A stretch of 48,276 nt of DNA. Source: Anaerolineae bacterium (GTDB lineage: Bacteria > Chloroflexota > Anaerolineae > DTLA01). A program made the translations under genes and the position numbers. Position 1 is the first letter of the stretch. The number at the start of each line of letters is the position of its first letter. The stretch covers positions 1 to 48,276 of the forward strand of contig JARYMK010000003.1 of the NCBI GenBank assembly GCA_029907165.1, given 5' to 3'. The notes beneath the pieces were generated by a model, which saw only the letters and a program-made list of their open reading frames with translations, was not told where the DNA came from and ran no database searches. Of this stretch, positions 8,184-16,557 are shown piece by piece.

Positions 8184-9709
8184 CGGTGCACCCTCAACAA
8201 CGGCCCGGCGGGCTCCAGGGCGAACCCCGCAGGGGCCACATGTTCGCCCGTAACGAAAAACGGGCGGCGATCCAGATTCGCGCCGATAAGTCCGGCCAGG
8301 AACTCATCCTGCGGCAGGGCGGCATTGGGCCACGCGAGGTCGGGGTTGCGGCTCTGTACCTGCGCCCGGTACCAGTCAAACTGGAGCAGGCCGACGGAAA
8401 TCGGCTCGCCCCGGAACGCACCGTCCAGCCCCCAGCAGGCGTACCAGAGAGCGAAGGTCTCGCGGTCGCCGTCGGCCAGGACAATGGCATTGGCGGGGAG
8501 CGCCCCTAGCGCCGCGTCCACGTACTGCTGCGCCTCGCGGTCGCCGCGCAGGTCGCACGCCGCCCAGTCCATCGCCAGCGACAGCGCGGGCAGCGCCACC
8601 AGCGCCGCCGCGATGCCCGCCATCGCCGCGCGTGTCAGGGCCTTGCGCCGTGCCGCGATGCGTTCCGCGATGTCCGCCAGTCCCGCCGCAATCCAGGCCG
8701 CGAACACCGCCAACGCGGGCAGCAGGTACACGTAGGAATCGGTCGTGTTGTATCCGATGGCGTACAGCGTGATGACGGCGAACAGGCCCAGCAGCCCCCT
8801 CGACGCGGCCCTGTCCCGCTCGTGGAGCGCAATCGCGCCCCACAGGCCCAGAGCCACGCCCCAGACCTTGAACTGGCTCAACAGGAGCGCGGCCCACGCC
8901 CCCACGCGCGAAGGCCATTCGGCCAGCGGCAGGGCGAAGACATAATGACGGTACGGCGCAGCCGACACCACCCACCAGAACCCCGCTGGCGTGCGCGCAT
9001 CCCCCCAGTTGACCGGCGGAGAGGCCACCGCCCGCATGGGCAGGTACAGGTAGCAGCACAGTCCCAGCGCCACCAGCCCAGCCGCCTCGCCCCAGGCGCG
9101 CCTGTCCATGCGGCGGCGTTGCTCCCAGGCCCACACAACCGCAGGCACCAGGCACGCGGCGATGAGCAAGTGATGGGCCATGCCCAGCCCAAACAGCAGC
9201 CACGCGCCCCGCCACGCGGCCTTGTACCCCGTGTTGCGCCAGTGGAGCAGCGCCGCCACGAACCCCACGGCCAGCAACGCGCTCAAGGCGTACACCTCGG
9301 CGATGACCGCCTGCCCCCACGGGATCGGCGCGAAGGCCCACATGAGCGCCGCCGACAACGCCAGCGGCCACCGCGCCGGGCCGACCAGCGTTAGGCATAG
9401 CCGGTACAGCGCCCACGCTGCGCCCGCGCCCGCCACCGCCGACAGGAGCGCGACGCGATGCGCCGGCGTGCCCCAGCCCGCCAGCAGGAACAGCCGCGCC
9501 AGGAGCGTGTACAGCGGATACCCAGGCGGGTGCGGGATGCCCAGCGTGCGGGCTGCGGCGATCAGGTCGCCGCCGTCTGCGCCGTCGTGTGCCCATGTGA
9601 GGCCGGGCGGGAGCGTGGCGACGTACACGGCCAGCGGCACGGCGAACGCCGCAATCGCCGCCGCACGCGGGGCAGGGAGCGGGGAGCGGCCAGTCGCGCT
9701 GCGCGTCAT
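8180..9709 (-). CDS. DUF2723 / TMEM260-like GT-C membrane glycosyltransferase
   Basis: DGGDL...LGIPHPPGYPLY, QAVIAEVYAL, YLYLP and PPVNWG with multiple TM helices. Start MTRSA overlaps the upstream stop (ATGA). Confidence 0.85.
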   Translation of the reverse strand: MTRSATGRSPLPAPRAAAIAAFAVPLAVYVATLPPGLTWAHDGADGGDLIAAARTLGIPHPPGYPLYTLLARLFLLAGWGTPAHRVALLSAVAGAGAAWALYRLCLTLVGPARWPLALSAALMWAFAPIPWGQAVIAEVYALSALLAVGFVAALLHWRNTGYKAAWRGAWLLFGLGMAHHLLIAACLVPAVVWAWEQRRRMDRRAWGEAAGLVALGLCCYLYLPMRAVASPPVNWGDARTPAGFWWVVSAAPYRHYVFALPLAEWPSRVGAWAALLLSQFKVWGVALGLWGAIALHERDRAASRGLLGLFAVITLYAIGYNTTDSYVYLLPALAVFAAWIAAGLADIAERIAARRKALTRAAMAGIAAALVALPALSLAMDWAACDLRGDREAQQYVDAALGALPANAIVLADGDRETFALWYACWGLDGAFRGEPISVGLLQFDWYRAQVQSRNPDLAWPNAALPQDEFLAGLIGANLDRRPFFVTGEHVAPAGFALEPAGPLLRVHR

Positions 9710-10698
9710 CTCCGCCGCAGCCTCCGAGGCAGGAATCGGGCCATGCCCAGGGCGAAGCCCGCCCCCAGCGCCGCCGCCCGCACCCACAGGAGCAGCGGAG
9801 CGGCCACGCCTACCAGCGCATCCTTGCGGGCCGCCCGCACCGCGAAGGGCAGCGTTGTGGCCGTCAGTGCCAGCGCCGCCGCCACGGGCCACCAGAAGGA
9901 CGCCAAACCCGCTGCCGCGATGATGCACAGCAGGACGGTCAGGTAGAACAGCACCAACTGCACGCGCTGCGACAGGGGCGTGTGAGTGTCGCGGGCCAGT
10001 TTGTTGGGATGCGTGAGGACGATCTTCGCCTTCCAGAACCCGATGCGGAATTTCTTGGACGCATACGCGCGGAGCGACTCCGTGTGACGGTGGTACACGA
10101 TGGCGTCGGGCACGAACACCAGCCGATGACCCCGATTGGCCAGGCGGAAGGAGAAGTCCTGATCTTCGTCAAAGGGGAGCGAGGGGTCAAACCCGCCATT
10201 GGCAAGGAACACCTCGCGGCGGTAGGCGGCAGAGTACGTGTCCACGAAGTCAATGTCCTGTAGGGGCTTGAGGAGCCGGTACTTGTCCTCGTACTCTATC
10301 TGCACGAAGCGGGCGACGAGCGACCGCTGCCGCGTGCGATAGACGCCGCGCGCGCCGGCCACCGACGCATCGGCGAAAGGAGCCGCGAGGCGGGACACCC
10401 AGTCGGGATTGGGCACGCAGTCGGCGTCGGTGAACAGGAGCAGCGCGCCCCGTGCGGCCTCGGCGCCGCGATTGCGGGCCGCCGCGCGTCCGGCGTGGGC
10501 GATGCGCACGACCCGCGCCCCTGCCGCCTCGGCGACGGTAGCCGTGTCATCCGTAGAGCCATCGTCCACCACGATGACTTCAAACCTGGGCGGGCTTCCC
10601 GTTTGGCCGCGCAGCGCGTCCAGACAGGCCGGGAGCGTGGCCGCAGCGTTGCGGGCCGGGATGACGACGGAAACCGTTGGCGATGGGCCTTCGGGCAT
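9706..10698 (-). CDS. Glycosyltransferase family 2 with C-terminal TM helices
   Basis: VSVVIPARN, IVVDDGSTD, ARNRGA, FTDADC and EDQDF, followed by a hydrophobic C-terminus. Confidence 0.9.
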   Translation of the reverse strand: MPEGPSPTVSVVIPARNAAATLPACLDALRGQTGSPPRFEVIVVDDGSTDDTATVAEAAGARVVRIAHAGRAAARNRGAEAARGALLLFTDADCVPNPDWVSRLAAPFADASVAGARGVYRTRQRSLVARFVQIEYEDKYRLLKPLQDIDFVDTYSAAYRREVFLANGGFDPSLPFDEDQDFSFRLANRGHRLVFVPDAIVYHRHTESLRAYASKKFRIGFWKAKIVLTHPNKLARDTHTPLSQRVQLVLFYLTVLLCIIAAAGLASFWWPVAAALALTATTLPFAVRAARKDALVGVAAPLLLWVRAAALGAGFALGMARFLPRRLRRR

Positions 10699-10717
10699 GG
10701 GTTCCCCTCCGTCCCGT

Positions 10718-10746
10718 ATTATACCCGCGCGCGGCTAGATGCAAAA
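10718..10746 (-). promoter_or_regulatory. Putative sigma70 promoter for the GT2-DUF2723-DUF4012(-phr) operon
   Basis: Perfect TATAAT (10718-10723) with a TTTTGC/TTTGCA -35, followed by a GGAGG RBS. Confidence 0.5.
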
Positions 10747-10766
10747 CGGTGCGCTTGTGGGGTTTT

Positions 10767-10878
10767 TCCACCGCAGAGGCACGGAGAGCACAGAGGAGTG
10801 GGCTTTTTCACCACAGAGACGCTGAGTGCGCAGAGAGAATCCCAATTTTCCCTTTCCTCTGCGTCTCTGCAGTGAAAA
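10767..10878. repeat. Palindromic repeat family A, copy 2 (two direct arms plus one partial inverted arm)
   Basis: caccgcagaggcacggagagcacagag; ttcaccacagagacgctgagtgcgcagag; ctctgcgtctctgcagtgaaaa. Confidence 0.75.
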
Positions 10879-10902
10879 CCGTAAGCGCTATCGGCGAGTG
10901 GG

Positions 10903-11517
10903 TTACCCGGAGGGACGCTCGCCCTCGTCCGTGAACAGGTCGGGGTATAGCACCCGCGCGCAATCGGTGCAGATGCCGTGGCTGAAATCCAGGTTGGAGT
11001 GCTTGGAGACGTAAGCCTCTACGCTCTCCCAGTACTCCTCATCGGTGCGGACGCGCTTGCAGTTGGCGCAGATGGGCACGATGTGGCGCAACTCTTCCAG
11101 TTCGGTGATGTCCTCCAGCGTCGCCAGGACAAGCCGCTGGCCTTTGTACTCAAAGGGAGCCGTGCTGATGAGCAGGTGAAACTCCTGTGGCTGGCCCTGT
11201 CGCACCAGGAGCATCTGGGTCTTTCGGCGGATGACGCGGTCGCCCGCCATGGACTCTTTGACCGAGTTGCGCAGCGCGCAGTCGGAACAGAAGGGGCTTG
11301 TCCCGCACCTGCCCGGGCTTTGCAGGGCGTGCACGCATTGCAGGGCGTCGCCGCAGAGTTTGGGCAGGCTCTCCCTGCTTGGCGTGCCCAGCATCTCCAG
11401 CCCGGCCGCGTTGCAGTCCAGTATCTGCACGCGCCGGTCCACGACGAACACCGCCGCCGGAATCGCGTCCATGACGGTGCGAACGTAGTCTTTCACATGC
11501 GGTTGCGCCTGTTCCAC
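10903..11517 (-). CDS. Cys-rich PAS domain protein with C-terminal zinc-ribbon-like domain
   Basis: PAS start DAIPAAVFVVD..ILDCNAAG, then CGDALQC..CG....CSDC. C-terminus PICANCKRVR..YW..VEAY...FSHGICTDC. Start codon uncertain. Confidence 0.75.
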   Translation of the reverse strand: MEQAQPHVKDYVRTVMDAIPAAVFVVDRRVQILDCNAAGLEMLGTPSRESLPKLCGDALQCVHALQSPGRCGTSPFCSDCALRNSVKESMAGDRVIRRKTQMLLVRQGQPQEFHLLISTAPFEYKGQRLVLATLEDITELEELRHIVPICANCKRVRTDEEYWESVEAYVSKHSNLDFSHGICTDCARVLYPDLFTDEGERPSG

Positions 11518-11713
11518 AGTGCGTTTGGCTCCAGATTGAATTGAGATGCAGCCAGTATAATATCCCCTAATGAGTGCAAAGTCAAATCACCGAAGAGCCT
11601 GATGCAGACGCTGGAAGGCACGCCTGCGATTGATCGTCTGGGCATCATGTGGCCTTTTTAAGGGTGTGCCCCCACCGTGCTGTGCTGGCTGAGGAGATAG
11701 GAGGGGGCGGTCA

Positions 11714-14700
11714 CTACCGCACCACAATCTCCTCGCCCAGCACGCACCGATCCAGCGGAAGCCATGTCCCGTCCGGCAGGCGCGCGGACAGCCGAGGCGC
11801 ATCCCCAGGTCCGTACAGGCCCACCGCCAGTCGGTACGAGCCTGCGGGGACGCCAGCCAGGCTCAGCACAACCCCGTCCGAGACCACCTCGCCCGGCGCC
11901 CATTGGGACGTTGGGTACGCGCCTCCGCGCGGGGGCGAGTCCACCTGTGCGGCGATGCGCTCCGTGGCGGGGTCAAACAGGTGCACGAACACCGTGCGGT
12001 CGGCGGCGGGCCGCACCTGCGCCTGCCAGTGGAGCGTCAAGTGTAGCGCGGCGCCCTCCCGCCGCAGGTCGTATCCCAGCAGCGCGATCTCCTCGCCGAA
12101 GTTGACGTCCACGCGGCGGGCCATCGCGGGCACGGTGAAGGTCCGCTCGCGCTCGCGGATGGTGATGGCCTCGGGGTGGACATAGGCCCCGACCGCCTGC
12201 CCCGATGCGTCCTCCAGGACGAAAGCCAGGCTGTACGCCCCCCGGGCCAGGTGCAGCGGCACGTCCACCGCGTAGCGGCGTCCCACCAGCGCGTTGGCGG
12301 GGAGCGAGCCTTCGTTCAGCGGCGCGCGCGTCTCCCATACCCCTTGCCCGGCCGCATCGCGGAGTTGCACGCGCACCGTGTACGCCTGCGCCGGGGCGGA
12401 CAGCGCGGCCCACGTGGCGCGGACGGCGATCCGCTCACCCTGCCACGCCTCGGACTTCTCCATCCAGAACGCGCTCAGCGCCCACCCCGCGCCGACTTCG
12501 GCCACAATGGGGTACGTCTCGCGCACGTCCAGGAGCGACAAGCGCACGCCCGGCACAATCGCTGCGCCCAGCGCCGCCAACGTGTTGGCGTCGTACAGTA
12601 CAATCTGGAGCGCATACTCGTCGTCGGTGGAAAGGCCAGGCGGCAAATCCCAATAGTGGCGATCCAGCACCGGCTCGCCGGGCGCCCATAGCGCCGTCGG
12701 GCTGAAGCCGTAGTTGGGCTGGCTGTCATGCTGGACCAGCGTCGTTCCCGCCGAGTCCAGCAGGCGCACCGAGACGGCGTAGTTCTGCGGGAGTTGCCGC
12801 GAGGTTTCCCACGCGAGGGCGACGGCGAGGCGGCCCGGGCCCCTCTGCGTCGCCTGCGCATCGCGGAGAACGACGTCGGGGCCAAACGGCAGGTGCAGCG
12901 AAGCCGTCGCAGGCACTTGCGCCCCGCCCGACACGCGCACCGGCGCAAGGTACGTCTGGCCGATGCGGTTCCCGCGCTCGTCCAGGGGGGTCAACTCCGC
13001 GCCGCCCGCCAGCAGGCGCACGCGCAGCAGGTAGGCCCCAGGCGGCAGCGTGGGCGGAATCCGCATGGCGTGCTGGCTCTGCCCGTCGGCAATGGGCACG
13101 GTCGTCGTGGCCAGCACGTCGGGCACGCCGAACAGCGGCGCAGCCAAGCCTTCCAACGACACCTCAGCCTGCAGACCGTTGGCAGCCGCGTTCCACTCCA
13201 GGACAACGGTGAGGGCATCGCCCGGGGCCAGCCGCTCGGCTGATAGGTGGTAGCGAAGCAGGCGCACGCCGCCTTCATAGAGCACGCCGCCGGGGTTGTG
13301 GCTCAGGTACGGGCCAGCCGCCCAGTCCATCGTCAGGTCATCGGCGGCGTAGCGGGGCGATGCCGCCGTGGACGCCAGGCCGACCAGGGCCGTCAGGACC
13401 AGACCAGCGGCAACCCCCAACCCGACCCGCGCCCAGGCTCGGCGGCGCAATTTCCAGGCCGCAGCCCCCGCGCTCACCGCGAGCACGACAAGCGACACCA
13501 ACTCGGCCGCAAGCCGCCGCCCCGTGCGCCCGAACCGCAGGACAATCTCGTGGCTCCCTTGCGGCACGGACACCGCGATGGCCCCCCACCCGGGCTGCGG
13601 GCCGCATGGAACCTCGCGCCCGTCCACGAAGGCGCGCCAGCCCGGGTAGTACAGCGTCGGGAAGACAAGCCGCGCTTCGGGCGAGCGCACGCCCACGTGC
13701 CACCGCTGGACGACGGACTGCTTCTCGCCCGTCGGCACAACAGTGGCGTCGCCGTCCAGCACGCGCGGCAGGGGCATGCCGTCGCTCCACAGGGCCTCGC
13801 CCGCGTAGGGACGTGGGCTGGCGGCCTGGGGCAGGTACTCGGCGCGCACGGTGGAACCGACGTTGCCCGTGAACGCCTCATACAGGATGAGGCGCTGGGG
13901 CGTAACGTCGGCGTCGCTTATGTAAAGATACGTCGGCTGAATGCTCACCGCCGCGCTCACCGCCAACAGAAGCGCCGCCCCCTGGGCAATCCAGGCCCTC
14001 GTCGGGCGGACGTCGGCGAGGCGGCCGATGACCAGCGCCGCCGCCAGCGCCTGCACCGAGAGGAAGCGCCAGGGGAACTGGGCGAACGGCAGCAGCGGGA
14101 TGCGCGCCCACAGGGGCCGCGACAGGGGCGTGATGAACGCCGTGGCGATGAGGAGAAACGCCAACGCCCACAATCCCGCGCCGTCAACGCAGGGTCGGGG
14201 CGCGGCGTGTTGTTGCATGGACGCCGCGCGATGTCGCAGGGGCGCAGCATGCTGTGCTCCTACAAGAATCATCCACAAGGCCCCCGCAGCCGCCAGGATC
14301 GCCTGCACCAGCCCCATGGCGAAGGGCGTGCCCGCGGCATCCACGCGGTAGTCAAACAGCGGCGTGCGCTGCACCAGGTTGCCCGCGCGGAAATGCTCGC
14401 CGTAGAAGAAATATCCCGTCGTCTGGACTTCCAGATGCACCCAGTTGCGCTCAGCCAGTGCGGGGAACCAGAACCACGCGCTCACGGCGAGGCCCAGCGC
14501 CAGCGCCGCCACCACAACGGCGAATCGGCGCAGGCGATGCCCCCGCCCCGCAAGCCACAGGTACACGAGGAACAGCCCCACGAACGGCGAGAAGATGAGC
14601 GCCGACACGTTGTGCGTCATGACAAGCCCGCCGAACGCCAGCGCGGCGGCGGCCATGCGGCGCAGCGACGGCGCTCCCCACAAGTCCAGCACGGTCAGCA

Positions 14701-15214
14701 AGACGAAGGGGTAGAACGCGAAGGCCCAGAACTCCGACAGGGAATCGCCTCGCACGTACAGGTTGACCAGGTGGAATGGCGCGAAGGTGTAGGCGGCCGA
14801 AGCCAGTAGCGCGCCCCACGGGTTGGGCCACAGGCGCTTCGCCAGCAGGTACGCGCCCAGCCCCGCCACGACCAGCCCCAGCAGTTGCGTGCCCTTGATG
14901 GCGTTGACGTAGGTGAAGCCCAGGAACTTCAGCAGCGCGGCCAGGTAGTAGGGCAGCGAAGCGTAGAAGTTGAAGAAGGGGTAGCCGTAGCCATAGGCGG
15001 CATCGCCCATCCACCGCACAGGGAACACGCCCTCCTTCAGCGCCGCGGCCAACTGGTGGACGCGCACGAGAAGGAAGGGGCTATCGCCGCCTGCGCGCGT
15101 CTCCACCAGGCCCCACGACGCCAGCAGCGGCCATCCCGCCAGAACGCACAGGAGAAGCGCCACGACCAGAGGCCACTCGGTTCGGCTAGCGCTTCTCCTG
15201 CTGTTCGGCCACAT
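11714..15214 (-). CDS. Large GT-C membrane glycosyltransferase (PTPS-related / YfhO-like) with tandem extracellular Ig-like domains
   Basis: GVFPVRW..DAAYGYGYPFFNFY, APFHLVNLYVRG, QFPWRFL and YYPGWRAFVDG. About four C-terminal repeats of the L.W...V.V.L...Q.D..P...PT..W.PGE type. Confidence 0.8.
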   Translation of the reverse strand: MWPNSRRSASRTEWPLVVALLLCVLAGWPLLASWGLVETRAGGDSPFLLVRVHQLAAALKEGVFPVRWMGDAAYGYGYPFFNFYASLPYYLAALLKFLGFTYVNAIKGTQLLGLVVAGLGAYLLAKRLWPNPWGALLASAAYTFAPFHLVNLYVRGDSLSEFWAFAFYPFVLLTVLDLWGAPSLRRMAAAALAFGGLVMTHNVSALIFSPFVGLFLVYLWLAGRGHRLRRFAVVVAALALGLAVSAWFWFPALAERNWVHLEVQTTGYFFYGEHFRAGNLVQRTPLFDYRVDAAGTPFAMGLVQAILAAAGALWMILVGAQHAAPLRHRAASMQQHAAPRPCVDGAGLWALAFLLIATAFITPLSRPLWARIPLLPFAQFPWRFLSVQALAAALVIGRLADVRPTRAWIAQGAALLLAVSAAVSIQPTYLYISDADVTPQRLILYEAFTGNVGSTVRAEYLPQAASPRPYAGEALWSDGMPLPRVLDGDATVVPTGEKQSVVQRWHVGVRSPEARLVFPTLYYPGWRAFVDGREVPCGPQPGWGAIAVSVPQGSHEIVLRFGRTGRRLAAELVSLVVLAVSAGAAAWKLRRRAWARVGLGVAAGLVLTALVGLASTAASPRYAADDLTMDWAAGPYLSHNPGGVLYEGGVRLLRYHLSAERLAPGDALTVVLEWNAAANGLQAEVSLEGLAAPLFGVPDVLATTTVPIADGQSQHAMRIPPTLPPGAYLLRVRLLAGGAELTPLDERGNRIGQTYLAPVRVSGGAQVPATASLHLPFGPDVVLRDAQATQRGPGRLAVALAWETSRQLPQNYAVSVRLLDSAGTTLVQHDSQPNYGFSPTALWAPGEPVLDRHYWDLPPGLSTDDEYALQIVLYDANTLAALGAAIVPGVRLSLLDVRETYPIVAEVGAGWALSAFWMEKSEAWQGERIAVRATWAALSAPAQAYTVRVQLRDAAGQGVWETRAPLNEGSLPANALVGRRYAVDVPLHLARGAYSLAFVLEDASGQAVGAYVHPEAITIRERERTFTVPAMARRVDVNFGEEIALLGYDLRREGAALHLTLHWQAQVRPAADRTVFVHLFDPATERIAAQVDSPPRGGAYPTSQWAPGEVVSDGVVLSLAGVPAGSYRLAVGLYGPGDAPRLSARLPDGTWLPLDRCVLGEEIVVR
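14236..14263. repeat. GTAG-type REP palindrome inside a coding sequence
   Basis: gcaggggcgcagcatgctgtgctcctac (reverse: GTAGGAGCACAGCATGCTGCGCCCCTGC). It translates as VGAQHAAPL in the GT-C frame. Confidence 0.65.
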
Positions 15215-15274
15215 GGGATGCGTCCCCTCGCGGGACAGGTGCCAAGCCCGCCCGCGGACACTCCGAGATTCGGC

Positions 15275-16534
15275 TTACGATGGCTTGCGGCGGCGCAGGT
15301 ACAGTCCCACGCCCAGACCGATGGCCAGCGCCAGGGTCAGCAGGCCGCTGATTTCGTACAGCCCTTCGCCCAGGGATGCCACCGCCTTCTGCGGAACCGG
15401 CGTCGGCGTGGGCGTGCGCGTGGCGATGGGCGTGCGCGTGGCAGTGGGCGTCGGGGCGTAGCGAGCGCCGAACGTCAGGTCAAACGCTGCGCCCGGCCCC
15501 AGGCTGATGCCCCAGGCCGTCGGGCCGGTGGGTACGTAGGCCGCCGGGAACCTGCCCGTGATCACGTAGTTGGCGGGCGGCAGTTGGTCGTACACCTTCG
15601 GCTCGCTCTTGCCGTCAGTGGTGTAGGCATCCACCTTCGCGCCGTCCGCGGTCTGGAGCGTGAACTCCACGCCGGGCACAAGCACCTCGCCTTCATCGCA
15701 CTGGCCGTTGGCGTTGGCATCCTGGTAGGCCAACAGCGAGATGCGGCCCACGACGGGCGTCGGCGTCGGAGTATTGGTGGGCGTCTGCGTCGGCGTATTG
15801 GTAGCGGCGGGCGTGTTGGTCGGCTTGGGGGTGTTCGTCGCCTTTGGCGTCGGGCGGACGATGGTCAGGCAAGCGTCGTCCCAGTAGGAATCGTTGAACT
15901 TGACGCGGTACTCGTTGCGGCCGCGGAGAAACACCGTAATCGCGTCGGCCTGGGCCTTGGCCTGCACCTGGAGTTTGATCCAGGTGTTGTACTGCATTAC
16001 TTCCTCGGACCAGACGACCGTTCCCGCCGCGCCGTTGGTCCCGCCCGTGGGGTCAATGCCGATGGACACGCGGTAGTTCCCCGGCTCCACCACGGCATCC
16101 GGGCTTGGATCCTGGCTGCTCCAAACCTGCACCCAGACAGAGAAGGTGGCCACACTGCCGGCGGGCACGCTCACGCGCTGGAAAATGCCGCCGGTGTGGG
16201 TGGCGTAGGTGGTGAACCACTTCTGCGCGAACGTGCCCGAATGCACGCGGCGCCTTCCGAAGATGTTCGCGTTCTCGGGTTTGTACTCCGGACGGCGCAG
16301 GAAGCCTTGTTCGGTCTCGGCGGGGCTTCCGTTGATCCACCAGGGCTCCCAGCCATTGGCGACTTCCACCTCGCCCGCGCCGCGCGCGCTGAACCCCTGC
16401 TCAAACCCCGGATTGGCCAGCAGGTTGCCCGGGCAAGCGTCTTGCGATGGCGGAGCCGCCAGCGCGGGCAGCGGAACCAGCGCCAGGAGAAATGCCACGA
16501 CTAGCAGTGCATGGAGCGTTGTGCGACGAATCAT
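15275..16534 (-). CDS. Secreted, C-terminally membrane-anchored protein: carbohydrate-binding-like domain, Pro/Thr linkers, SdrD-B-like domain
   Basis: Signal peptide, NLLANPGFE, PTNTP repeats and YQDANANGQCDEGE..VPGVEFTL. Ends in a TM helix plus RRRK. Confidence 0.75.
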   Translation of the reverse strand: MIRRTTLHALLVVAFLLALVPLPALAAPPSQDACPGNLLANPGFEQGFSARGAGEVEVANGWEPWWINGSPAETEQGFLRRPEYKPENANIFGRRRVHSGTFAQKWFTTYATHTGGIFQRVSVPAGSVATFSVWVQVWSSQDPSPDAVVEPGNYRVSIGIDPTGGTNGAAGTVVWSEEVMQYNTWIKLQVQAKAQADAITVFLRGRNEYRVKFNDSYWDDACLTIVRPTPKATNTPKPTNTPAATNTPTQTPTNTPTPTPVVGRISLLAYQDANANGQCDEGEVLVPGVEFTLQTADGAKVDAYTTDGKSEPKVYDQLPPANYVITGRFPAAYVPTGPTAWGISLGPGAAFDLTFGARYAPTPTATRTPIATRTPTPTPVPQKAVASLGEGLYEISGLLTLALAIGLGVGLYLRRRKPS

Positions 16535-16557
16535 TCCCGTTGCCTCCCGAAAAATCT

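Noticed and set aside
15750-15860. Tandem DNA repeats here and at 22550-22635 and 38980-39110
   Set aside because: They are explained by Pro/Thr-rich protein linkers with degenerate codons and are not independent DNA elements.
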